64,000 nt of DNA from the human T2T-CHM13v2.0 reference genome, Homo sapiens, in NCBI RefSeq assembly GCF_009914755.1, contig NC_060928.1; one strand, written 5' to 3'. Both the position numbers and the translations under genes were made by a program. This document shows, one piece after another, positions 41,471 to 54,183 of this stretch (its first letter is position 1; every line of letters starts with the position of its first letter). The notes beneath the pieces were generated by a model. It was not told the origin of the DNA. It ran no database searches and saw only the letters and a list, made by a program, of their open reading frames with translations.

Positions 41471-42404
41471 ACAGATTATGAAGCCAAAGAATTATTCACA
41501 TATATAAAAGTTAAACCATATATTTGGATTGTAGCTTCCTGGAAGATAATGTAAAAAGAAAAAAATGTTTATTTACCTCATTCTTATTGTATAAACACAC
41601 TATTTCTTATTCACATAAATAACAACAGCAAAATGTGATACGAAGTACCTCAGTATTCAATGCTGTGCAAGTTCCTGACCCTTATGTTCAGAACTCTTGT
41701 AAAGTCTGAGCTAAAGTGCACAGTCTAAATGCTCCAAAAAGAGACACCTAATTCCATGAATCTGAAGTCTTGAGAATAGCACATTAATGCATGCCTGAGA
41801 AAGAATGAGGAGGAGAGGGACAAAGAAAGAGAAGCAGAGCAGAAGAAATTACCATGTCCCAAGAAAACCCTTCACTCACTTGACCCATCCAGCTGCACGG
41901 ATCCAAGAAGTGAAAGAGAGATAAGAAGCCTGCATGGATGTGTACAGTTTTATTGAACAGTAACTCCACCCACAAGTCAGTGTGGCCTTGTTAGCTGCTC
42001 TGCACACTGACTAATCAAAACTGGTACCTCTTGCTTCCTTGGAAGGGCTAAGAATGGTATTGGCAGAGGGAAGCATGGCCTGAAGGCAGCCTAACATTTT
42101 CTTCTCTCCCTTGTGCCTGCTCATTTCTTATTCTATTTTAATCTATATCCCGTGATGGGTAATTTAAGGTTCAGCCAGGGAACTGGTGTCTCTCTTAGGA
42201 GAAAATCTCTTTTTGTAGTCTCCTAAGCCCAGTGAAGTAGAAAATTAAGTTTTTGCCCACTAAGTCTCTGAAATAGGTCAGAACAGACATCCACCATTAA
42301 AACACATTTAATACTAGATTACGTTCTCTCCCTATTCTACTTTGACTCTCCATTTATGCCCAGCTACATGATTCACAAGAGAGGGGTATAGAGTGAGCAC
42401 CACA

Positions 42405-42900
42405 TGTTAGTCAGACTCTTTCTGTTATAAGTAACAGAACACCATCCCAAACTAGGTTTATGCAAAGAAAGGAATTTATTGTTTCACATAAATTAAAAAA
42501 TCCAGATGTGGCAGCAGCTTCAGACATCTGCTTCAAAGTATGATATCAGGAGTTGGTTGTGTTCCATCTCTTCGTTCTGCTACCCTTTGTGTTGGCTTAA
42601 TTCTCAGGCAGGCTTTCCCATGCCATTAAAAAGAGAATCAACGTTGTTGTGATTTGTACCTCCTTCTACCTTACTAATCCCATCAGAGGGAAGACCTGGA
42701 GGCTTATATCACATGCCTATCCCAGAAACAATAATCCCTGTGACCCTACAGGCTGGGTATCCTCTCAGCCCTGGAGTTACGAGGTAGAGTCAACTCCTCC
42801 CCATCACATGAGAATTGGAGAAAGATGGCTCAATAAAGCAAAACAGGAGTACTTTTATTAGTGAATGGATATCCAGCAGGCCAAAAATCACAGATGCCTC
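42405..42900 (-). mobile_element. Old MLT1 (J/K/L-like) LTR
   Basis: TGTTAGTCAGACTCTTTCTGTTATAAGTAACAGAAC..AAAGGAATTTATTGTTTCACATAA is a typical old MLT1 3' end. Confidence 0.65.
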
Positions 42901-43066
42901 AGGCACACAAGAGGCCATCATATTCCAAATACTAGGATGGAACATTTTTCTTAAATTTGAACATAATGAACATTCTTCCATTATCATTTTACCACACAGA
43001 AATTAAAATACCAAATAAAAATACTGTCTCCTTGTAAAGTAGTAAAAATATTAAAGTCCAATATTC

Positions 43067-43131
43067 TCTGTCTCTCTCTCTCTCTCTCTATATATATACA
43101 TACACATACACATATACACACACACATATAT
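43067..43131. repeat. Compound (CT)n(TA)n(CA)n microsatellite
   Basis: CTCTGTCTCTCTCTCTCTCTCTCTATATATATACATACACATACACATATACACACACACATATA. Confidence 0.95.
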
Positions 43132-45108
43132 TTTAAGCTTAGTTCAGCTCCACAGATTTCATTCAGAACTCAGGGCAAATCAGTGCCTTTAATCTGTCAT
43201 TATGAGGCCTATAAATATACACAATCCACTGAAATAAATGTTAACTCTTTAAACACTTAGAAAGTTGAATGAATCCAGTGCAAGTTTCTTGTATGTCAAG
43301 AGACATATTAGTATACAGTAGTCCCTGATCCTTAATAATGTTTTGAAAACACAAATAATTCCTACCTAGCTAGGCAAATTGCTTCATTAAATAAAGTTTA
43401 AATTCTATTACTAAGGAGAAAAGAAGATTGCATATTGTTAGACAGTCACAATCTCTGCCACAGACCATCATATTTATTTTCTTACATGGTCAGTAGAAAA
43501 AAAGAAAAACAGACCTAAGGTCTGAATATTTTTCTGACTAGCAAGAAAATTTACACTTTTTATATTGGTGGAGTAAAAAAGACAAAACTATGAGGTCATA
43601 GCCCATGAGTTAATTATCACAAGGTTACTGAGAAAATTCAATTACCAGTGACAAATATACTCTATAAATTTGTGACCAAATACAATTTTCTAACACATCT
43701 GTTTTATAAGTCTTGCAATCATTGCTTCTAGTTAAAAGGTTGTATTTTAGGAGGGAAAACCAGAATCACTGTGGCTTACAGCTGAACATGGGAGGAGAGT
43801 GTCTGCTCTTCTTGGTAAAAGCAATAAGAACACAAATCTATAAGGAAAAATTTCAGAATCCATAGGAATTAAATCTGAAAGAAGGCCTTTGCTTTTTCTG
43901 GGAAATTCTCTAACAGATTTGTGGTCATTGACTAGAGAATATTTACGAACCTACTTTTACTCTCCTTAAAATTTTTATCATCAACCATTATAGCATATAT
44001 TTTGGTTTTAACCAGGCAGGAATTAAAGTTTCCTTAAATGTATGATTTTTATTTGCACTGGAGGTTAGCTGTGCTGCCGTCTGTTCTTTCATAAACCTTG
44101 AGAAAGCTTTATCTATGTGCTGTTCCCCTTGCATGTCCCAAACTGGGCTGGTAGGGGTCCAGTGAAAGGCAGCTACCCCAGCCGGATGCTCCACCCTGAT
44201 CTTGCCTTTCCTCAGCATTAAATTCCCCATAGCTTGGATAGCTTTCACTACCCTGGTGTCAACATAAACATTTTCCTTCCCACCTTTTATGTTGTTGCTC
44301 CAGTGGGAGTTGACTGTACCCGTCCCCCAGCCGAGGCTAAGAAACAGGATAAAATGTAAAAGGCTAATGAGATAAAGATGCATAGAATCTTTAGCAGTTA
44401 ATCTGGTGCTGCCTATCAAGGTTGAGTACTGATAATAAGCCAAAAGTCCAAATTTTCCCACAATAGAGATCTGTCGATATTTAGCCTGACCTTTGTGGTC
44501 TGCAGCGATGATTGAAAATAAAACTTGCTTTGTGATGAAATTGCTCTGATCTAGCTAGAGCTTGTCCTTGTCCATATGGAACTCTAGCTCTAGGAGTTGG
44601 CCTAGTAGTCACAGTCTACAAGGGTGCTGGCTCTGACCCTCAACGAGGGACTGTCCATCTTGGGCCTCATTATTCAGTTTGAAGTTATTGCCTGTCCTGT
44701 CCAACACAAGCTTCAGATGATTCTCTTGAGTAACACCACAGTTCAGGTATGGAAGAAGAAAAAGAAAACTAGCCACATAACCAAGTCTGTTAAATCCACG
44801 AGGGCAGCAACCATCTCCCTTCTCAGAACGTTGTCCCAAATGATTGTCTTTCTTCTTAGGCCCTCACAACACCCTCACATGGAGTACTCATGTCTTAGGG
44901 ATGATTTGCATGTCTCTGTATTGCTTCCTTAAACTGAACTGTGAGATGCTATCATTACCTGGTAACATAAAACAGAAAATGGAAGACAGAATCATCCCTT
45001 CGGGCTGAATAATTCCAACAATTAAATATACTTCTATAATAATGTTTCTAAATTATTTACATATAATGTTGATATTAATATATAATTGATATAAGTATAT
45101 ATAAGTAC

Positions 45109-45750
45109 TGCTATATTCTGAATGTTTGTGTCCCTTCAAAATTCACATATTGAAACCCAATGTGATAGTATTAAGATGTGGGACCTCCAGGAAGTGATTA
45201 GGTCACAAGTGCAGATCTCTCATTAATGGGATTAGTGCTTTTACAAAAGAAACCCCAGAGAGCTTGTTTTCCTCTTCCACGTATGAGGCAGAAGAGTGCC
45301 CTTACCAGAACCCAACCACACTGGACCTTTGATCTTAGACTTCCCAGCCTCCAGAACTATAAGGGATAAATATCTATTGCTCATAAATCACTCAATGTAT
45401 GATATCTTTGTCATAATGCTGTAGGAAAATCTGGGCCCCTATCACATGACCAGGAAAGATTAGGCTCACAGACAATTTGAAGGGTGAGGAGGGGGATTTA
45501 CTGGGCAAAAAGGAAAAAGGAAAAACAACACAGCAAAGTGAGACAGGGGTTTCTGTTACAGGCCTTCATCTCACAGATTGAATCCCCAGTAACCACCCAG
45601 GAACAGGAGGGGCCAGGATCCTTCCCTGCTGCAAATGGCATGAACTTCCCGAGGCCCCACCCTCCTCCCCATGCTCAGACCAGCTGGAGATTCTCTGAGG
45701 AGCTCCTTTTACTTGGCTGTCTCAATAAGAGCCCAAATGGACTAAGATGA
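45109..45750 (+). mobile_element. MLT1A0-like MaLR LTR, interrupted near its 3' end
   Basis: TGCTATATTCTGAATGTTTGTGTCCCTTCAAAATTCACATATTGAAA...GATCTTAGACTTCCCAGCCTCCAGAACT. It resumes GAGCCCAAATGGACTAAGA after the insertion. Confidence 0.85.
45417..45724 (-). mobile_element. ERV1 solo LTR, MER83/MER48 group
   Basis: Minus strand TGAGACAGCCAAGTAAAAGG...CCTACAGCA. 4-bp TSD ATAA (45413-45416, 45725-45728). Confidence 0.8.
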
Positions 45751-46419
45751 GCACTTAACATAATTATACATTTACATTTTTTTATTACATGACTATATAC
45801 CTGTCTCCCCTACTAGACTCTATGTTCTTTGAAAGCAAGTAAAATGCCTAGTTTGCTCACATCTAAGTAACCAGGGCCTAGTTTTCCTGAAGGAAATGTA
45901 GTATTTGGGCTTGATATTAATATTTTTATAGCGTCTCTAAATACATGGGAACAATTTATAATTTTCTCAATTAAATGATTCTGTCAGAAGCCAAGGCACT
46001 ATGATTTACATAATCAGATATTTAATAATCTGATTCAGTCCAAGCCAAAAACAAATGAGCAAATCAAATCTAAAGCAAAACCTGGAATACCTAGAAGACA
46101 TCTAAAAGATATGATAATGTCTTCCATGTAAACTTTTGACAGAAGTAGGATTCCAAGTTTATATTCTCTGGCAAGGCACTGGATTATCTATGGGATAAGA
46201 AATGGCAGATTAAATTACTAAATGATGATGTGGCCATCCTTTTGTAAAAACCCACAAGCTTAACCAAAATTCCATCCTGAATAGAGAAATTTTTCACTTC
46301 AACAAAAGATTTCCTTCAGTGAGAAATGAATCTTTCTTAAATAAATTTTAACTTTGCTAAATATAAGAACAATCTGTTAATCAATTCTCCGAAGTTCTAC
46401 CAGAGACAATAACCTCCAT

Positions 46420-46660
46420 CAAAGCCATTCAAAATGTGGCCCGTGGACTGGTGGTGGTCTGCAAACTGCTACCAATCCACAGCAAGATAGGTACAGAAAT
46501 TGAGAATAAGCACCAAGAAATTTATATGACAATTTGATATTGTCATGCCATCCAAGCGCATGAAAAATGCATTTTACAAAAATGTTGGTCTGTGACTGTT
46601 AAGCAAATAATAATAAGAAGAAGACACAGTCCTTCACCACAGATAGTTTGAGAAGCTTTT
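46420..46660 (-). mobile_element. MER112-like hAT-Charlie relic
   Basis: Minus strand GCTTCTCAAACTATCTGTGGTGAAGGAC. The other end reads CAAAATGTGGCCCGTGGACTGG. Confidence 0.65.
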
Positions 46661-47380
46661 TTCTAGTTTGTTTAGCTTGAAAATTTTCAAGAAAGGTTTA
46701 CTATTGCTTACAATAACCATGGAAAATTCTCATTCATGAAATCATATAAAACAAGAGGCTTACTGGAGTATCTGCTAGGATTAATTATCTACATAATGTG
46801 TCCCAAAGTAACCAAATGAATTGACCTGTTTTAGAGAACAGTATCAAATACAATAATGTTAATTCTTGATTGACTCACCTTAAGGCATTACTGCTGACAG
46901 TAGCTGAACAGCATTAGGAATTGTCCATTCAAGTCAAGTGAAACTACAAATTAGCATAATATGATACATAAAATTTATTTGCAGTTGGAAAAACAATTAT
47001 TTTTTCTTCTCACACAAAAGCTGCCTTCTCAAAAGGATGAGGGATATTTTGAGAAACAGAGGAAATAATTTGGAGAAAAAGGTCTAAGCACAATTTTATG
47101 AATAAAATTTGGGAACTTAATAAAGCCTCCATTTTAGTTAAATCTATAAGTCACTCTCATTTAGTTAAATCTCTGTAAGTCACTCTCACTAGTGACTTAC
47201 AGAGTGAAAAGAAAAGGATAGTAGTAGTTGGGAGTGAAACTAACACTGAATCTTGCCTCAAGGTTGACCAATGCAAAAAAACACACAATAACAGAAAAAA
47301 GAAATTGTGGAAATGTAGCCAGTTACACCATATTTTATACAAGGGGTGGTCTGTCAGTCTTCTCTCAAAAATGTGAGGAA

Positions 47381-47751
<371 letters not shown>

Positions 47752-50700
47752 TCAATTAGTCCTGAGAGAATTTCCACCGACCTAACTTTTTTAGTGGTTC
47801 TTGTTAATGTGTAGCCAGGAGTTCATATAGCGTTCTTGGGAAATAACCAACAAAACATTCTGACCCACAGAGTCCACTGTAAGCCAAAGAGGGGCATCAA
47901 GTGTTCTTGTCTTAAGTTGATAAATAGAGTAATAGAGTGCGAGTCGATATTGGAGCAGGTTTGGTAGCCTAAAACTAATACAATTAACATGCAGCATAAC
48001 TGGAGATGCCCATACTTATAATTTGTCAAAGAGAAAACGCACAACATTTAGATGAAATGCTTGAAAATTTGAGTTCAGATTCAGAGATACTTGTATAAAC
48101 CTGGGATAAAATATACTCTTTCTGAGGAGAGAAAAGAGGCTGATGAGGGGTTTATATATCTTTATAAATCTCCAGTAAACAGATAACTAAAGGTCCAAGT
48201 CCTTCAGTTATTTAATTAATTACAAATTTTTAAATCAACTGCTCTACATGAAGCAGTTGAAATGTTCCAACCAATGATAGGCTTAATATCTACAAAATTT
48301 TGATAATTTTTCTGTCATTATTGAGATGAAAAATTAACTGTCAGGTTAAAAAATAGCCTCACTGTGGTTTGAAAGTTCAAACCCAATACGTATTGCCTAA
48401 GCTTATCGTAGTTTAATTATGTAGAAGCAATAAGCAATGCACAAAAGGTTAAACAGGGTGATATCCTCAGTAGCCCCTTTCATGATTCTATCTCTCTACC
48501 GTCACTGATTTTGTCCCTTTTTATTTTCTCCTTTCCACACAGCTCTTGTCAACCCAGCAACTTTAAGTACAAAACCCATATCATTCCAAACATGAAATAG
48601 ATCACATTGTACCAATTATCTGTTGTTAAGAGAAAAAATCCTCATTTCCACCTTCAATACAGCCAAAGCAGTTTTGAAATATTCTTAAAAAAAAGAAAGA
48701 AACCAAAAACAACTTGAACATAATAGAATAAAAATACTCCTTACACTTTCTTACCCTTTTCAAAATTGTCATCTCATTAGTCTACTTAAGAGATATAAGT
48801 AGGCCCAAGAACACTTTCATCCACGTTAGATAAATCGAGATATTTAGTGTAAATCTGAAATGGTAAATAATGATCTAACTATAATATCATCAGTAACACT
48901 GTCTCAGGGGTTAAAATATAAATGAATCTTTTTCTAAGGAAAAGTGATTTATTTCCCCAAGTTTCCCCCATCGGCTGCCATTTAATCATACAAAATTTTA
49001 CTTATAAATACATTGGGAAATAAGTTTTCCATTAAATCAACACAGATCTTTATCAAGACATGTACCATGTTGAAACAGTTTTCCCCAGGAAAACTTTTTT
49101 CTCGTACAGGCTTCCACAAAATCTCTACAATTATCTCCACCATATATTTAATAAATCAAGTTTAAAAGTTATCGCAATTTAAATAACTGGACAGACATCA
49201 TATGTCTTTGGGGAAGAAACAGATGCATAAAATAAATCAGAAAAATCATAAAAATAATTATAGAAGTAAATCATAAAAGAAATATAGAAAACCAAATTAG
49301 AAAGAAAAAGCAACTTTTTAGGGGAATATGGGTCAGACAGATTAATAGCTTTATCTTTGCTATTTTTTCCCATTTATAGTTGAAGAGACTATGGACATAA
49401 AACTTGGAACTTGGAGAAAGCTGTTTTTTTGCCTCTATAGTATTAAAATTGAAGTGAAACACACCCTATGTGTGAAGATTGTACATTCGTTTTCTTGCCA
49501 AGGCACAATTTCGGAGACAAATCTTTGAATTTGGAAGGCAATCTCCATAGAATCTGCCAGATATCAAAAAGCACATCATTTTCTTTACAAAGTTTCAAGT
49601 TAATCTGTTGGTGCCAGTTGGACGATGTGATTCGCTCAAAACAAGGACTAAGGAATCTAGTAGGAATTCTGAGAAAAGAGGATTTCCTGTCTTTCTATAG
49701 AAAGGGCTGTGTACACAGGTCCTGAGCTAGCTGGAATGGAAGCCAAACAAGTGTATCTCCAGCTATTATTGGGAATAGTAGAACAGAACGTTGACTGGGA
49801 ACAGCCAGAGGGTTCAATTACCTATCATTCACTCTCATACTAATCAATTGGTGTTGTTCGGTTTGGTCTCAAGAAAAAGAAATTGTAAACTCCTAGAAGA
49901 ATTTTAATTTATGCTCATTTTATTTTTTTAAATTGAATACTCTGCTTAGCATGGTACTGTTTATAGAATTCTCCCTGTTGAACTGTAGTTAAACTGAATT
50001 GTACACATGCTAATCCCTGAGAGAAAGATGAGGTATTTTTAATTAAAAACATCAATCATGTTAAAGACTATTAAATCTAGTAGATCACTTTACCTAATAG
50101 GCGTTTTAAATCAAACTTCTATTTTTGGAACTTTAAAAAATATTTTTCTACAGTCCCACTTCTACAAAGACATTCTTCAGTTTACACTGGAGACCAGTTT
50201 ATGCAGTTTGTATTGGAGCCTAGTCAAATTCTTCCACACTCTTCCTACATTTCTTTGTATAATGACCCCCCTTTCCCCAAACTCTATTTCTGTTGTTAAT
50301 TTCCTGAGGATTGTATAGAACGCTGCTTAAATGAGAAACATCAGTACTGAGGATGTAGGCAATGCCTTAATTGATCAGATAAACATGGTCCATTTAGTTT
50401 TGCTTTAACTCAAACTTCAAAGTACCAAGCTGTAGGTTTGCTACATTTTGGCAGAAGCAAAAAGCCTGAAACTCTTCAGGAGGTAAGGAAGCTATGGAAA
50501 TTAGGCATCTGCCCAAAATCTAGGATAAAGAATAAACACTTAAAACTCATTTTAACATCTACTTTGAACTGAAAAGAAAAGGGCTCATGAGAACATTTGA
50601 ATATAGGAAAAGGACAATTTTCAAGACTGTGAACTTGAACCCATTTGACAGCAGAGAATGTGATCTCAGGGCCATGTGATACTGGTCTGTCTTCATTAAA

Positions 50701-51271
50701 GTCCCATCAGCCCTACCAAGATGAAACAAACTTTCTAAATTTTCCTTTACTCTTCCAACTGCCATATGTGAGCTCTCGGTATGGACTTGCCTCGGGAGGA
50801 TTTATATAGGCCTTTTGAACTTCTAACAGAGTCTCTCTTTTGAGTAACCATTTAAAAGATGATTAAATTTAATTAGACTGTATTTTTTCCTTTGACATGT
50901 GCCTTCAAAGTCCATTTTATTACATTCTTTTATCCTAGCAGCACACTAATGCTCTCGGGTGTAGGGCACCTTCAGATGCAGGAACACAGGAGGGAGATAT
51001 TTATATACTCACTTAATCCCCTGGGAGTATTTTAGGAATGGCCGACATCTGACATCCATGCCTGCCCAGCAACACTGCCTGAGCTAATGTTGCTCAGGAA
51101 TCAACTCAGACACATGACAATTTGGATGAGTAATCTGAGCCCTCCATACACCTGTCCTAGATAGGGGTTCAAGGTGCCCTTGGGTTGTATCATCTATTTA
51201 TACCCTAATTATTTCTCTTTTGATGTTTTTCTTATTCTCTGAATTTATTGATAATAACTACACTTCGATAG

Positions 51272-52758
51272 TGTGTCCGGAACTGGTGGGTTCTTGGTCT
51301 CACCGGCTTCAAGAATGAAGCTGCGGACCCTCACAGTGAGTGTTAAAAGTTCCTAAGGGCGGTGTGTCCTGAGTTTGTTCCTTCTGATGTTCGGATGTGT
51401 TCGGAGTTTCTTCCTTCTGGTGGGTTCATGGGCTCGCTGGCTCAGGAGTGAAGCTGCAGACCTTTGCGGTGAGTGTCACAGCTCTTAAGGCACGCTCTCG
51501 ACTTGTTCGTTACTCCCCGGTGGGTTCGTGGTCTGGCTGGCTTCAGGAGTGAAGCTGCAGACCTTCACGGTGAGTATTACAGCTCATAAAGGCAGTGTAG
51601 ACCCAAAGAGTGAGCAGTAGCAAGATTTATTGCAAAGAGCGAAAGAACAAAGTTTCCACAGTGTGGAAGGGGACCCTGTACAGTTGCCATTGCTGGCTGG
51701 GGCAGCCTGCTTTTATTCATCCTGCTGATTGGTCCATTTTGCAGAGAGCCAATTGGTCTGTTTTACAGAGAGCTGATTGGTCCGTTTTGACAGGGTGCTG
51801 ATTGGTGCATTTATAATCCCTGAGCTAGACACAAAGGTTATCCACGTCCCCACTAGATTAGCTAGATACAGTGTCCACTGGTGTATTTACAAACCCTGAG
51901 CTAGACACAGAGTGCTGATTGGTGCATTTACAAACCTTGAGCTAGATACAGAGTGCCGAGTGGTGCATTCACAATCCCTTAGCTAGACATAAAAGTTCTC
52001 CAAGTCCCCACCAGATTCAGGAGCCCAGCTGGCTTCACCCAGTGGATCTCGCACCGGCCGCAGGTGGAGCTGCCTGCCAGTCCCGCGCCGTTTGCCCCCA
52101 CTCCTCAGTCCTTGGGTGGTCGTTAGGACCGGGCGCCGGGAGCAGGGGGCGGCGCTCGTTGGGGAGGCTCAGGCCGCGCAGGAACCCACGGCGGGGGAGC
52201 GGGGAGAGGAGAGCAGGGAGGAGACTCAGGCATGGTGGGCTGCAGGTCCCGAGCCCTGCCCCGCAGGGAGGCAGCTAAGGCCCTGCGAGAAATAGAGCAC
52301 AGCAGCTGCTGGCCCAGTTGCTAAGCCCCTCACTGCCCGGTGCTTGCGGGCTGGCCGGCCGGCTGCTCCGAGTGCGGGGCCCGCCGAGCCCACGCCCACC
52401 CAGAACTCGTGCTGGCCTGCAAGCGCCGGGCGCAGCCCCGCAAGCACCGCGCGCAGCCCGGCAAGCAACGCGCGCAGCCCCGGTTCCCGCCCGCGCGGAG
52501 CCCACGCCCACCCGGAACTCATTCTGTCTGGCAAGCGCCGCGCGCATCCTCGGTTCCCGCCGCGCCGTTGCCGCCGCTCCTCTCCCTCCTCACCTCCCCG
52601 CAAGCTGAGGGAGCCGGCTCTGGCCTTGGCCAGCCCAGAAAGGGGCTCCCACAGTGCAGCGGTGAGCTGAAGGGTTCCTCAAGCGCGGCCAGAGTGGGCG
52701 CCAAGGCCGAGGAGGCGCCCAGAGCCAGCGAGGGCTGCCAGCAAGCTGTCACCTCTCA
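51272..52758 (-). mobile_element. LTR12C-like (ERV9) solo LTR, copy B
   Basis: Minus strand TGAGAGGTGACAGC...CCAGTTCCGGACACA. Perfect 4-bp TSD ATAG (51268-51271, 52759-52762), 5 CCAAT boxes and a CpG-rich U3. Confidence 0.96.
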
Positions 52759-54020
52759 ATAGGAACTGGTACCAACCTACTTACGAAGAAGTATTTGTTT
52801 TAACCTGAACCTGGGGTAAGATTTACTCAAAGATTATTTCAGAGTCTAACCCACTCTTAAAACCATGTTTATACATTTACTAGAAATATAAGTCGGTGTC
52901 AATGGCATTACAGGGATCGATGGAAAGCAAGTACCTCAATCCCTGTTCGACAATTAGGTCATGCAGAAAATCACTAGATGTACGATTCAGTAATTTTTAC
53001 TTTTATTGGTAGAATTTGGAGAGAAGGAGAAGAAATATGACAAAGAGTAGCAGACATTTAAAGAAAAGGTAAAAGTCAACATTTGCAACCGGGTACTAAA
53101 GACTCATTCCTGTTAAAGGAGAGCAGATGTAACTGCTCAACTGCTTCACAATGCCTTTGGTGATAGCTCTTGCTGGGACATGTGGATGAATGCAGTTTTC
53201 TCTCTTCACAATTGCGTTGTTGCTTTAGCCAGAACGCTGTGGCATTTTACCAGCCTTTCCCTTCTTGGTCACATTTTTTACAAATATAAAGAAGAAAGAA
53301 AATGAACACATTGCAAGTAATTTCTTCTTCATTTTGGTGTGCTATTGAACAACACCGGTGTGCCCCTGTGGTCCTGGCTGCCTGCTTGCTGCTAACTTCC
53401 CCGGGCCTCTAAGGCTTGGGCATAGGGAGGCAGAAGATTGTTTGCGGTTTTTCGCTTTTTGCTTTTTCATTGGCGTGACAGTGCCCAGCAGTCTAGTCTA
53501 TTCTTTCCTTTTTCATTTTTTCACTGGTGTGAAGGAGCACAGTCACTTAGCGAAAGAACGACCTGCGGCTAAAGGGAGCGAAGAAGAAAGGAGCAGGCCA
53601 GCCTGGCCTTTCTCTGTGGCCTGAAACTGCCTAAAGTTAATTGCTCACATAAGAAGAATAACTCGTGGTGCTGTAATTGAATTTTTATGGAAATAAACAG
53701 GTGGCAGATTTACTATAGCTGGGGGATAGTAGGGGGCGAAATGCTGTAGCCACATTAACCTGTTTAATTTAATAGCTTCGGTACTCATAGGGGGGAAAGA
53801 AAAAAGCAGTGTTGCTCTTTGAGTCAGTTGGATGCCAAATGTAAATAACTACAGTTACCCTAGCATGCCCAAGTGGTTGAGCAAAAAAGGGCTTTGTGCC
53901 AGCTTCAACTTGGTTTTCATGTTTATTAATTAAGCTCCTGGAAGTTTCAAAAACAGAAGTTTTAACTCACAAAGAACTGGGAAAAAAAGGAAGAGGAAAG
54001 AATTTGGCAAAGGGAAAATA

Positions 54021-54072
54021 GACCGATAGACAGACAGACGGACGGACGGACGCACGCACGCACGCTCGCTCT
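54021..54072. repeat. Graded compound tetranucleotide repeat
   Basis: GACC GATA (GACA)2 (GACG)4 (CACG)3 CTCG CTCT. Confidence 0.9.
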
Positions 54073-54167
54073 TCTTCCATTAATGGCACAGCACCAGTCT
54101 GTGATAGATATTAGGAGCACTCTATACTGGACACAGGAAGGAAAAACTAAAGGCTAGCTTTGCACGA

Positions 54168-54183
54168 TGCTGCCCCCCAGTGG
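54168..54183 (-). promoter_or_regulatory. Candidate CTCF motif
   Basis: Reverse complement CCACTGGGGGGCAGCA has one mismatch to the core CCASYAGRKGGCRS and lies in unique, CpG-retaining DNA. Motif match only. Confidence 0.4.
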
